Assembly (NCBI GenBank): GCA_051362555.1 | Contig: CM120647.1 | Span: forward strand, 9,734,001 to 9,798,000 | Source: Lingula anatina | Lineage: Eukaryota; Animalia; Brachiopoda | Length of the DNA: 64,000 nt | Direction: 5' to 3' | Shown here: positions 13,372-25,487 of the stretch, one piece after another | Layout: every line of letters starts with the position of its first letter | How positions within the stretch are numbered: position 1 is the first letter of the stretch | Notes under the pieces: generated by a model | The model's database searches: none | The model's input: the letters and a program-made list of their open reading frames with translations, nothing else | Told to the model about the DNA's origin: nothing | Made by a program: the position numbers and the translations under genes

Positions 13372-14291
13372 AATGAATATTTTTAGAGTCTGTGGCTGAA
13401 ATTGGAATCTGTGTAACAGCAGTTCACTGGAAAGCAATGTGATTATCGTCTAGTAGGTGCACTTTAGAAAGGTTAATTTTCAATTATTTTAAAAGAATAT
13501 TATGCCTCCTTAATGGGAAGGTTAACATATTGGATGAACTCAGATAAAGCATTGTGCCCCAGTTTAAGTATATGGGTTTACCCCCATTGAGGTTCTTCAC
13601 CAGGGCTCTGATGGATGTTTCATTTTTTTGCAGAATGACTAGGAAATGTCTTTATTAGGCGATTCAGCAATTAGGAAAACCACAATTTCTGTGAAAATGG
13701 TCCACTGTGTATACAGAGATCGTCTAAATGATAATTTCATCGAAAAGTGTTTTTGGGCATTTATCTCATGGTGGTGAGTTTTTCTTCGAAAATGCGCGGT
13801 TTAAAAGCCGAGGAGGATTTGCTTGAAATAACTGCAAGAGTATTTATAAGGAGATACTTTGTAAACCCAGTGGTCTGGTTGATGTGTATTATCTTTTCAG
13901 CCTGTCTAGCGCCCTCATAGTCTTTATATTTTAGATCTCTGGTGAACCACAAAGTTTCTGGGAGTTTACACAGTTGTAAATAAAAGGTCACCAGGTGCAC
14001 AAGCAGTGCATTCAGACGGGGCAAACCAGGACTGATTTAGGCCAAAATAACGCTACCTGACAGCAGGATTAAGTTGATTCATGTTGAATTTTGAAATAAG
14101 GACTATAAACTCATATTCTTACTTTAAGACTAGCTGTCTAGGCCCCATATGCTCCAGTTATGAATATTGATATCTGAAATAGAAAATGGCCATCCAAATT
14201 GAAACAGTAAGTCAGAAAGACAGCTTAACGGTTGCCTGCATGGATAATGCTTTGTTATAGACAGCTAACTTGCTTACAGCCAATAGTCTTA

Positions 14292-14518
14292 GGGTGCATT
14301 CCCAGAGATTTAGATCGATCCAGAGATTTAGATTTAGATCGACCTAACTCCCTGGGGGTTCACGCTATATTGCAGTCAGCCTAGCGCGCACCATAGTTAA
14401 TTACCCCCTTACAGCTTTTAGTAGGTGGGACAGAGGCTTAAGCTGGCTAAGCTGACGGTAATCTATAGTGAGACTCCCCACAGGGATAGATCGATCCAAA
14501 ATCTATGGGAATGGGGTC
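14292..14518 (+). mobile_element. MITE family A, full length
   Basis: TIRs GGGTGCATTCCCAGAGATT / AATCTATGGGAATGGGGTC; flanks TTA and TAA. Confidence 0.9.
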
Positions 14519-14735
14519 TAAGAGATAATTCCCAAGGATAAGGTTAATTGGCTCTCTGCTTATTTATGCCTGTTAACGCCACTGAATCCCATGGAGTTTT
14601 GCTTTGGGTAGGAAGCTTTAGCCAAGCTCCCACTAGGCACAGACAGACCAATATAAAGTAAATTCTATTATCTGATGATGTCATTTAGAACTTAACCAGT
14701 CCCGGTTTGTGTGGTACATGTACATGGTACCTGAA

Positions 14736-14942
14736 GAGGGTAGGGAATACCCCTCTTAATCACCAATCACGAAGAATTAAAACAGCTCAATAACCAATAA
14801 CGAGGATATATTCAGGTCAATCAACAATCACCAAGAATTCCTGAATTACGTTTCACGCAGAATATTGGGCTCAAATAATGCATCACGCTTGAAAAATAAG
14901 GCCAATCACAAGGAACTGAAAATTAAGGTATTCCCTACCCTC
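14736..14942. mobile_element. MITE with perfect 16-bp TIRs, CCAAT-rich interior
   Basis: GAGGGTAGGGAATACC ... GGTATTCCCTACCCTC; no clear TSD, superfamily unassigned. Confidence 0.65.
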
Positions 14943-15103
14943 ATATTTTGCAAGAATGTGTCCACTTATTATAAGAAACAGGCACATGGGGTCTTGAATA
15001 TCGATAATGATAATTTCATTGATTGTATTATAATTCATTCATTTGTTGGTGTCGAGTGTTGGTGCTAATTACAGGCTTCTGTGGCATTGCTCTTGGTATG
15101 AAC

Positions 15104-15275
15104 TAAGCCCCTAGCTGGGGAGAGGGGGGGGGGTTCAAACAAACCACTGTTTTTTTGCCATGTAAAGGTCTGCACTGGTGAAACTTTGATCTAAATATAA
15201 GAAGGTTTCATAGTAAAAGGTCCACTTTTTCAGGAAAAGACCTCCCCCTTTAAGAACTTGTTGACTACAGGCCTG
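15104..15275 (-). mobile_element. MITE family D
   Basis: GTAAAAGGTCCACTTTTT core; ends GACTACAGGCCTG. Confidence 0.75.
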
Positions 15276-15582
15276 GTAATAATTAAACTATACGCAACGA
15301 TCCTCCCATTCTTGATCAAGTTGCCTTCTGATGGTTTCTGTGTGCAACTTAATAAGTTGTCCAGAAACTATTAGGCATTGGAAATGGAATATAATATTCC
15401 ACATAATCTGTCTGAAACGCTTAGCATCTTTAACCAAATTCCCATGTGCATACGAGTGAATCTTCGTCCAAATTTACTTCATTAGCCAATTTTGTAAGAC
15501 ATCCCAATACCAGTTCAAGATGCTGAAAACAGCAGAAGCAATGCGCACAATAGAAGAAAAGTTTCCCAAGACTTTTGAAACA

Positions 15583-15762
15583 CAGGGCATTACCAGAAAT
15601 GACAGAGACATAAGAGGTTTTTTTCCAAATTACCGTTGTTGATCCATTCTTAATTTTTTTTGGCCATCTTCTGACAGAAAATATTGGATGCCCATCAATG
15701 TAAACTTGAAAAATTCTGACTGTCTTTTGGAAGACCCAGAAGATGGCTTCGGTCCATTCCTG
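15583..15762 (+). mobile_element. MITE family C, degenerate
   Basis: CCCATCAATGTAAACTTGAAAAATTCTGAC...GGAAGACCCAGAAGATGGC core. Confidence 0.7.
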
Positions 15763-15790
15763 GAGATGCCGATAACACAAGCCAGAAATT

Positions 15791-15963
15791 CCTGTAGCAA
15801 AATGAAAAGTTTGCAGGAGTTAGCAAGAAAATTTTTAGTGCTGCAAATTTGCAGCCATATTGCAGCAAATTTGATGCAAATTTGCAAGAAGGAATTGCAG
15901 TTTGCAACATTAATTATTTGCTGCATATTTGCAGCAACCCTTATACATGTATTTTGCTAAGGA
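15791..15963. mobile_element. MITE family E (TAGCAAAA...TTTTGCTAAG; TTTGCAGCAAA-rich)
   Basis: Similar to 20471, 31886 and ~41950 copies. Confidence 0.75.
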
Positions 15964-16920
15964 GTTGGCATGTTTATAGTAGAAAGGAGAGTTTCATGTG
16001 ACCTCTCAAAATCAGGGTGTTACTGGACATGACATGCAAAGGCAAGGGTAATCTTATGCCACAGTATCAGCAAAGAAATTAAAAAAAAAAGAAGCACTTT
16101 ATATTAAAAACACAAGGGCAATTAATTGCTATCTTACAGGCCCTCTCAATTATTGCTTTCTATTGCTTATTGCTTTTTCTCTAGTTAATCAGATTATAGG
16201 TTGTTGTTATTAATTAGTGTTTAGGTTTTATTAGAGTAATCCATTTTGGCAGTAGACCTTTAGCTGTAATGCAGACAGACTGATAAAGTTTTGAGGCTTA
16301 TTTCACCTGAAAATTATACCACACGGAAATGGAATAAGATGTTTGCTTTTTAGAATGCCAGCTCAATTAATGGTTCGATTATCGAATATTGCAACACGGC
16401 TGCTTCCTGCTCTTGTGCTTTATATATAAATGTTTAAAGCATGGTTACATGTTCAAGCTAAATGCCATTTACTTATATTTTATCACCAACTTAATGGCCG
16501 CTTTACGCTCTAAGTGGCTAATGCTGCAGTGTTGATGGTTTCCCAATTTGTATCTTAATGGAAGTCGAGGTGGCAGATACACGCTGCCTCAAACAATTAC
16601 ATAACAACTCACTTACATTTGTTGCAGCGCGGGCAGGAAAAGAAGATAAGAATTCTCCCTTTGGCAAATAGGTTTCGCTTAAATTTCACTGTGCCAGTTT
16701 AAAACTGTATGTTGATGCCAGTTTTATGCCCCCTATTTTACGTTGGCATCTATGCTCTTTTTAATGCTAAAATGTTTTAGGTATTTCCTTTACTACATGA
16801 GAAATGATGTTATTAAATATATATAGCTCTTATTTCTTGAGATCAATGAAAAATCTTAACATTTTACTTTAAAGAAGATATGTTGTCAAGTGAGTTTTCA
16901 AGTTTTGGTCTGTTTCTGAT

Positions 16921-16979
16921 TCAAGTGGGTCAGCCATATTTGATCCATGGAGTAGTTAGTCTGCTGTTGATTTGTGGCC
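16921..16979. mobile_element. Family B MITE right-arm fragment
   Basis: CAAGTGGGTCAGCCATATTTGA..C matches the right arm of 43047-43222. Confidence 0.6.
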
Positions 16980-17336
16980 TAAGGTGCACTGTATAGTAAT
17001 TTTAAGGAGCACATTGAGTTGACTGTCAATTGCCAGAGTGATATGTGGATTACAAATGAACGACCAGAATTGAAGATAGTACCCTCTTTGATAACATCTT
17101 TCAGGCATTGATTGAATTTGGCATGAATTGTAATAAGAACCTGCTGTCGGCCCTGTTACAAGTATACAAAATTTACTACAGTCGATAAGAATTCAATTTT
17201 ATGTTGGAGTTGAGGTAGAGTTGAATTGATTGAAAAGAGTACTAATCTATTTTTTTTTTCTTTTTCTTTTTTTTTTTTTTTGAAAGTCATTTGATGTACA
17301 GTATTGAATGTATCTTGACATTCGGAGGATGCTTTA

Positions 17337-17521
17337 GAGCACATTCAGAACAGTGGACTAACAGATCCACAGATCAAATATGTCAACCCACTAAAAAGCT
17401 TGCCTCTGAATTCAGGACTAGACACTGAATAGATTTCGCGCAGGGATTGTGCAGCAAGCATTCTAGTGGGTCTGCCATATTTGATCCGTGGATCTGTTAT
17501 TCCCCTGTTCTGAATGAGGCC
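17337..17521. mobile_element. Harbinger-like MITE family B (long TIRs), TTA TSD
   Basis: GAGCACATTCAGAACAG..GGACTAACAGATCCAC.GATCAAATATG / CATATTTGATCCGTGGATCTGTTATTCCCCTGTTCTGAATGAGGCC; TTA on both sides. Confidence 0.85.
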
Positions 17522-17524
17522 TTA

Positions 17525-17739
17525 GGCTGTATTCCCAGAGCTTTTAGATCGATCTATCCCCGCAGGGAGTCTCACTAGATTACTGTCAGATAATCTGGCT
17601 TAAATGTCCGTCCCGCCTACTACAAGCTGTAGGAGGGTAATTAAATTTCGTGTCCGCTCGGCTGACAGCTATTTAGCGTGAACCCCCAGGGAGTTAGGTC
17701 GATCTAAAGTAGATCGATCTAATCTCTGGAAATGGGGTC
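17525..17739 (-). mobile_element. MITE family A, TTA TSD
   Basis: Homologous to 7212 and 46373 copies; TTA at 17522-17524 and 17740-17742. Confidence 0.9.
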
Positions 17740-17838
17740 TTAGTCTGTGTAGTGGTTCAATGGCCCAAAGGTTCATTTGTACTATTTAAAAAATTTGCAA
17801 TAACTTTTGAAAAAGAAAGAAATAAGAATAAATAGTGT

Positions 17839-17841
<3 letters not shown>

Positions 17842-17870
<29 letters not shown>
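17842..17870. repeat. (GA)n microsatellite
   Basis: Direct reading. Confidence 0.95.
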
Positions 17871-18857
17871 CGAGCAATAATGAAAGTAATTATTTCTACA
17901 ACTTGTCTTTGACATTTGATTAATCCCATCCCTTAACGTAACTGATCAGGTTCTTTTAAAGAGGTGTAGTTATTTTTGTCAATTTACCAGCCTACAGGTA
18001 GGTGGGATTGATAGAGACACTTTTAAACTTTTAAACCCCAAAAGTGATCAATATGTATGACACATGTATCCCTAAGCTTGTGCAAATTTGTCGCATTATT
18101 TTTTTTCCTTTCTGAGTCATCAGCAGTTGCGCTATTGGGATTGTTCAGATATTGGGTTTAGAACTCATAAATGGGCATGAAATGCGTAAAGCTCGTACTA
18201 AGTTAATTTGTAACAGAAGAAGGCTGTAGATATTGGGTTAAAATGGAGGGAATAATTTGTTCGATTGGAGTACATCATAATGATGAATTGAATCTGTTCT
18301 CAGATCGTACTTGAAATGAAAAGTTGCGTGCATTTTTATGTACGTGAGCTTATGAAGTGTGAAATTGCTGATTGGCACTCATCGCAACTTCATTCGTTAT
18401 GTAACTTAATTGGCTTAAACAAACATTTAGACAGGCAGTCCTGCCTGTGCCGTCAAATTCAATTATTTTAGTTCAGTCATCATACTGGTAGCTCTGAAGG
18501 TAAAACCCAGACAATGACAGAGAAGTGAAGTTCTTGATGAATTTGGCTAGAGTAGTGTAGCATTCTCTATCCTTCTAGATTGGGCTTCTGATTTGAAGTA
18601 CAAGTATGTCTGTAGGGGATGAGTGAAGCTTTGCATGTTTGACAGAAATGAAATAAGTAATAAATGTAAATCAGTTGTCAAAATCAATTATTAGTGTGGA
18701 GCTGATGCTTTTGGCATGTTGAACATATATGCAGTGTTTCAAAAATATCTGCAAGAGCAATTTAATTAATAATGGTATGTCATTATTTATTTATTGTAGT
18801 TGTTAAATGTTTGGATAGTTTATTTTCTTGATTTAATCACCAGAAACATGAAAGTGA

Positions 18858-18860
<3 letters not shown>

Positions 18861-18893
<33 letters not shown>
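18861..18893. repeat. (CT)n microsatellite
   Basis: Direct reading. Confidence 0.95.
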
Positions 18894-18895
<2 letters not shown>

Positions 18896-19294
18896 GTTAT
18901 AATCATACGAAGTGTATAATAATATTTCCATTATTTTATATTTTAAAAGCTGAAATCAGTATCCATGACAACAAATTTTAATAACCTCTACAGGCCCCCA
19001 GGACCATATACAGTTGATATGAGAGCAGACTGAAGATCTCTTTTAACTTTTTTTTTTGACAAATTGAATTAGCCATAATGTGTAACAACAGGTGCAACTG
19101 AGAACTCAAGGTTCAAACAATTTGTCAACTAACGTTAGTTTTACATATGCTTTTCCTACAAATGCTTCAATAAATGCTATTTTAAGATTGCTAAAGAAAA
19201 ATGTTGCGTGATCTTTTTGAATTAAAGATATTAGTCTTGTCAGTCTTTGTCTTCCTCAGTAAAATTATAGAGTTTGTGCTAAACAATCACTGTT

Positions 19295-20275
19295 CAGGGG
19301 CGTAACCAGACCTTTAAAAATTGTACGCACAGATTATTAAAATTCCCAGCAAAATGTAGACTAACGCAAGAGATGAAGGACAGCGTAGTTACAGCATATG
19401 TACCACACATCGCAGCTTAATTTCCATTAATAATAAAATCATCATTTAGTCAGAAATATTCTCGCAATTAAAAAAGTTTCAATATTCTTATTACCCAGAA
19501 CGGTATATTTATTTAAAAGGAGGCTAGCTTCGCATATGTGGAACCCCCTTCGAATAATCCTGGATCCACCTCTGAGTTGAACTAACATACGGTTTCATTC
19601 ACCTTACATGTGGATGCATGGCTCCCAAAAACAACCAATTGTACGACACGACAGAGCTCTGATACATCTAAGTTTAATTATTTGTTTGTAAAAATTGCCC
19701 ATGTCACCCTGTTAGTTTGGAGGGGTAAGCTGGGTCAAGTCCGTGTCAAAATTCTTTGAAGCTTTGTAGGAAAAATCCTTCCTTTGTTTCTCTAGCTCCT
19801 TCTTAAACCTGGTGTCCAGATTTTATCTAGTGCCCCCAGGGTTGCGGGAGCTGCTCTTTGAAAATAACACTCAGGCAGATTTTTACCTGAGATAAATATT
19901 GCCAGCGAGAATGCCTTCGATATTCTCAAGAAAGAGGGTACAGAAGAGTTGAGGGCCACTGAACCCTCCAATTAAGAGGTAAAGGAAGTTCCAGTTAGAT
20001 GGACGATTAAGATAGGACTTGTTAAGGTTATAGGCATTGTTTACCTCAGTTTGCAAGACTGGGGGTGGGGGGGGGGGGAGGGGGGGTGTCAGAACAATTG
20101 TGCCTATACAATTGATACAGAGGATTTGAATACAGGTATACAGGTGACTTTAATAAGCAGAGGATTTTCTTTTATATTCCGTGAAAAATACACTAAATTT
20201 ATATAAAATAATATCATGGTTGGCCAAAAAATTGTACGCACAGTGCATCCGTGCGTATGCCTAGTTACGCCCATG
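19295..20275. mobile_element. ~980-bp non-autonomous TIR element, 5-bp TSD (CTGTT)
   Basis: TIRs CAGGGGCGTAACCAG / CTAGTTACGCCCATG; CTGTT at 19290-19294 and 20276-20280; subterminal direct repeat AAAAATTGTACGCACAG at 19316 and 20227. Confidence 0.8.
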
Positions 20276-20470
20276 CTGTTTAAAGTAGATTTTCAATTTC
20301 ACAGCAATGTGAACCAAGTCAAATTTTGGTTGTTCTTCAATAACAGATGAAATATTTATTGCCCATGGGTTTTTTAGACAAAAATATATCAAGGCGTAAA
20401 GCCTTGAAAGTGACTGAGATTCTTCAAAGTTGATACTATTGCCATGGAGACAGCCGTCCACAAGTGACCA

Positions 20471-20830
20471 CTCTTAGCTAAATGAGAAGTTTGCAGCAAT
20501 ATTGCAGCAAATTTGCTGCACACTAAAAGTTTGAGGCAACCAGTTTGCAGTAGTTTGTTGGAAAAAATTCTATTGCTGCTAAATTGCAGCTAATTTGCAG
20601 AATATTCTGAAGTTTGCAGCAGGTTTTTGAGAAAGATTTTATGTTCTAGCAAATTTGGAAGAAATCAGCAGCAAATTTTGCAGCAAATTTTCAAGAACAT
20701 CTTCAGTTTTCAGTAAGTTAGCAAAAAATTACTGATGTGGCAAATTTGCAGAAAATTCACAGCAAATTCGCAGTGAATTTGTAGCAAATATGCGAGAGAG
20801 TTTGAAGCAGGCCTGACATTTTGCTAAGAG
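20471..20830. mobile_element. MITE family E, long form, 2-bp TSD (CA)
   Basis: CTCTTAGC...GCTAAGAG termini flanked by CA; internal TTTGCAGCAAA repeats; CCC/CTC ends with a variable 2-bp TSD resemble animal CACTA/EnSpm derivatives (inference). Confidence 0.8.
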
Positions 20831-21024
20831 CACAGGTAACCTCTGGTGGGAAAAACAAACAAACAAACAAAACTTGCAGAAATCATCCATCACAGACTCT
20901 TTTCATTGAAACCATCTAAAGTACTTTTGTTCCTTGATTTATCAGCCTGGAAAGGTTTTAATGTAAGAATAAAAAAGTTTGAAGTGTCAATTAATTTTGG
21001 TGTTAAATCATACTGACGCATGCA

Positions 21025-21192
21025 CAAGCGAGGATCCAGAGATATTTTCTGACAGTCTTCCAAATTATTATTCTTGATCCATTCTCCATTTTTGACCGTC
21101 TTCCAACAGAAATAATAAGATACCAGCCATTGTAAACATTAAAATCTGACCGTCTTCTGGAAGACCCAGAAGACAGCCTATATCCGCCCCTG
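21025..21192 (+). mobile_element. MITE family C, TSD ATGCA/ATGTA
   Basis: Ends ATCCGCCCCTG; internal GACCGTCTTCTGGAAGACCCAGAAGAC. Confidence 0.85.
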
Positions 21193-23281
21193 ATGTATGA
21201 CTTGTCAAATTATGCTAAAGACCACATCACCTTGCTATAATGAGTCATGTTTTCAAGCAAGTCGGTTCTTTACAATTTGTGTCATGTCAGACTGATGTAG
21301 CTTGTTCACACAAGAGATACTTTAAACCAATTTTCATCAAGGCATTGATAGTTCTGTTTTCAGTAAATTTGGTTTTTCCTAACTTGGTACAATCTTTGTC
21401 TAAAAATCAAATTGCACACAAGGGGTACTTTAAACCAGGTATGTAAATCGCCCTTATCAACAGACCATTAAATGCTGTGTTTCTAAATTGCCGATATAGA
21501 TGCTTCTCTATTATCTGACACAATCCAACTTGGTTTTTTTAACTCTGCGAAATTGTTGGTGGACTAGAATACAGCAATCACTCTCCCACTTGAAGAAACA
21601 TTAAATCAGTACCTTGGAGTAGTATCCTTTGGCTAAAGAAAGGAAAATGTACGCCAGACTTCACTATTGACGTGAGAAACCCGATTTTTATTTGATCCGA
21701 TTGAGATGTCTGAGCAGTTTGGTGTATAGAGTTAGAGATAGTGGTGCAGTATTAGAGTAGTGGTAATTAAGTCAAGTGAAGATACTCAATCTGGCCTAGT
21801 CTGACGTAAGCCTTGAGTATGAAATGATCCTAAAGATATGAACTTTTTCTGGGGAAATACAGCATTCTGGGATTTTTAATTCAATTTTAATAGGACCTAA
21901 GATGGCGCTAAACACCAAGGTGATTAGTTGTTTTGCAACGTGATTTAAAAAAAAATACAGGCTCATGTCTGATCCTAGAGAGTCTGACTGACTTGGCCAG
22001 TCTATAGGAGTTTTCTTAGATTATAAAAATGGAGTCTGTTGCAGATCAACAAATCTCTAAAAAAATAAACAGTATAAAACCATGATGGTTTAATTATATT
22101 TTCCATGAAAAACTTCATTTGCTTATATCCTAATACATATTATATATGTTTCACAAAATTTGATAGCTCTCCATAACTTTGGTTAAAGTTAGACCCATGT
22201 CAGGTCTAAATGTGTCCAGTCTGAACAGGTTGTACTCTCATTGCACTCTAGGGCAAGTTCACACTTATTTGACCTAAATCAACTTGACTAATTGTAATGA
22301 AGCCATTATCTTAAGTTATCTCTAGTTGATTATGATTAACAGGTTTAACTAATTGAAATTAAGCCATAATAATTGTCTCGTTTTGCTTAAAGCTAAAGTG
22401 TCTGTATTTGAACTTATCATTGCCTCTCCCCTTGATTTCAATTGGCATTTCAACAGCTTTATTGGGATTGAATTAATTGTAATCAAGTTAATTGATATCA
22501 TATCGGAACCGTAGTTCTTACATTGATTATTACTTTGAGATGTAAACAGGTTAAAGTAATTGTAATTGAAACATTATTTTATTTTTTAAAGTTATCTTTA
22601 AATTAGCTGTGTAGCATAGTGCCCTAGTAGATCTTTTGACAGCTCTGGCAACGTCATTGGGATCGTTGGTGAATCGGTCTGTTCAGGTCTAGTCTGAATG
22701 GTAACTCAGAACTTTATGTGCTATTAGCGAACAGTTTGGCTTAATTAGATTTTGTCTAAAAAAGCTATTAGAAGCTAAGAGCAAATTAATCTGTATATAA
22801 ATCAAACGGGGAGCGGGGAGTATCATTTAGATAGACAAGTACTTTATGATATTTTTTCTTGCTGTTTTTAAGGACAACATACCCTGAAGGTTTCAGTATT
22901 GATGGCAGACTTCTCTCAATATTTTGAGGGCATATTGGACTTGTTTTTGCCAGGGGAGGAACAGACAGCTTATATAATTGCATTTTTAGGACATGCAATC
23001 CCCAGTAGGTACTGTATGTACATTATTTAAGCAGCATCGTGGGGTGGGGTGGGATGGGGGGGGGGGGGTAGAGAGGAAAAATATTCCCAAGAGAATACGA
23101 GTTAGCAGGTGCCCTCTAGCAGACAGCCAGATGAATTCCACAGGGATTTGAATGTCTGATACAATGTATGTGACTAAGGATTTGTCTCTTTAGTCTAGTC
23201 CAATATATGCTGCACTGTTTGATGATCAAAATTGATACCAGTGTGGTGGTACACTTACCTCTTAAAAGGAAGAGTGAAATT

Positions 23282-23286
<5 letters not shown>

Positions 23287-23351
<65 letters not shown>
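23287..23351. repeat. (TA)n microsatellite
   Basis: Direct reading. Confidence 0.95.
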
Positions 23352-23352
<1 letters not shown>

Positions 23353-23881
23353 TGTTTTGTGCTCAAACACACCCATGCACCTATGGGTGGGTTAATTAGT
23401 ATGGATAGTGTACAATGTTAGCACTTTCTCCTTGCCAGATGGTAGGAAAATTGAAGCAAGGTCTGTAATAATTGTGTAATAATTGTGTAAATTCGATCAG
23501 TTTCTGCTCACTGCTTCTGCTTTGGGACAGGAGATTAAGTTGAGACCCTGGTGGCTCAAAGGGCCAAATTTGCTAAAAAAAAAAAAAAAAAAAAAAAAAA
23601 GGAAAAATGGCACAGGGTGTGTGATATCATAATGGAAATTATTATGTTGAACAATGAAGTGGAATGCATGTGAAAGACAAAGGTTTTATGTAGAATGCTG
23701 TAGTTGAGATCACACTGACTGTCACAGCAGTAATGTAGTGGTATGTTTAAACTTGTGACTGAGCTACCGCTTCACAGTTTGAAATTGTTAATTTGAGCCC
23801 ATAATATTTTATTTTGATATATAAACCTAGTCTCCATAAAACTTTCCCATTTGAACTGTGTTTTACTCGTCTTATGCATAT

Positions 23882-24038
23882 TGGTACCAAGTTAGCTCAA
23901 CCCATCATAAATGGAAACACGTCTCTAGCAGACTGGTACCAAGTTAGGTCAGCCCATCACAAATGGAAACACATCTACAGCATACTGGTTCCAAGCTAAT
24001 TCAACCCATCATAATTAGAAACACGACTACAACATACT
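23882..24038. repeat. 52-bp minisatellite, 3 copies
   Basis: TGGT(A/T)CCAAG...CCCATCA..AA..GAAACAC starts at 23882, 23934 and 23986. Confidence 0.9.
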
Positions 24039-24762
24039 AGCAAATGTTAAATTCACATGTGGTAATATGCCAGAGGGAAATTGTAACTAAAAACTAGAAA
24101 TAGAACAGAGTTACCTAAGTTACACTTGTTACCACAGGCAAAACTGCTTGCTTAGATCTTTAACCAGATATTCAGACAGCAAACTTCTGGGATGAAATGA
24201 AACACATGCATTTACTGTTGTATGTGTGTTTATTAGCTTCTTTTTATAGTGGTAGTAATGTATACTGTACAATGTATTGTTATATAATAGTAAATACTTA
24301 TGAAATATTTATGTACTATAACTGATTTCAGTGGATCATCTATTTAATTACTGGGGAGCAAAATGAATTATTTAATTAATTTTTTAACTTAAACATTTAT
24401 TGATTTATTTTGCAGTAATGAGAAGACGCATTGATGGTTTAGAATCCACTGTTTGTTTGTCTAGAACTGAAAACAGACTACTATAAACAAAAGGTAAGTA
24501 AATAAACAATTGTTCAATCGAATAGTAGTAGTAGTAATAGTACAAGTATGAGCAACAGCTTGTAGCCGTAGCACTTAGTGGTAGCACCTAAATGTAGTAC
24601 ATACTGCTGGTATAAGCAGCAGCAGTAGTGTAAGTACATGTAAACAGTTTCTGACAGTAGCAATAAGGGACCCAGAGCTGCCTTAGAAAGTGAAATAACA
24701 GTGCAATCAATCTACTTAATCTGATGAGGAGTTGATAGAACAGGATGAAGAAGAGTAATCAG

Positions 24763-24765
<3 letters not shown>

Positions 24766-24826
<61 letters not shown>
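24766..24826. repeat. (TA)n microsatellite
   Basis: Direct reading. Confidence 0.95.
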
Positions 24827-24835
<9 letters not shown>

Positions 24836-24912
24836 CCAAAACAGTTCTATTGTATAAAAGTTACCAATTTTTTGCCAATTATTGTTTTTAAAGTTACAGT
24901 ACTAATTTTAGT

Positions 24913-24961
24913 GTTGTTGTTGTTGCTGTTGTTGTTGTTATTATTATTATTATTATTATTT
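24913..24961. repeat. Compound (TTG)n(TTA)n microsatellite
   Basis: Direct reading. Confidence 0.9.
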
Positions 24962-25006
24962 AAGAGGACCTGAAATGGGCTTCTCATAATTTATTTTGGG
25001 TCATAA

Positions 25007-25170
25007 GGACCGTTCAGAATGAGTCAGTTTGACCTAGCTAGGTTGCCTTAACTCCATGAGGAATCTCACTGCAATCAGTTTAACACACCTCAATAAGCAG
25101 CAAGGGGGTAATTAACTTTTGTGTGCACTCGGCTTCCAGGATCCAATGCTGAACTGATTCTGAAGGGCCC
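25007..25170. mobile_element. Harbinger-like MITE with family A core and TTCAGAA-type TIR
   Basis: GGACCGTTCAGAAT / ATTCTGAAGGGCCC; flanks TAA/CAA; GGGGGTAATTAACTTT core. Confidence 0.7.
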
Positions 25171-25316
25171 CAAAAAGACTGACAATTTGGTGTTTTAAGT
25201 TAAGACCAGCTTTAAGTCCTAAATTAAATTTCATGTGAAAGGAGTTCTTGAGCCTATTTCATGAGGCACACTAGTTGATATCATATGGAAGAAACCATCC
25301 AAGCATGAGGTACCCA

Positions 25317-25487
25317 CAGGAGCAGATCCAGAGATATTTTCTGACAGTCTCCCATTTGTCTTTCTTGATCCATCCTCTATTTTTTTACCATCTTCTGACA
25401 GAAAAATTTAGCTGCCCATCAATGTAACCTTGAAAAATTCTGACCGTTTTTTTGGAAGACCCAGAAGATGGCTTCTGTTCGCCCCTG
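25317..25487 (+). mobile_element. MITE family C
   Basis: CAGGAGCAGATCCAGAGATATTTTCTGAC ... GCCCCTG; TSD not evident. Confidence 0.8.

Noticed and set aside
14671-14737. C/D box snoRNA-like (TGATGA...CTGA)
   Set aside because: Box C lacks the 5' purine, the terminal stem is only 3 bp, and no rRNA-complementary guide is evident
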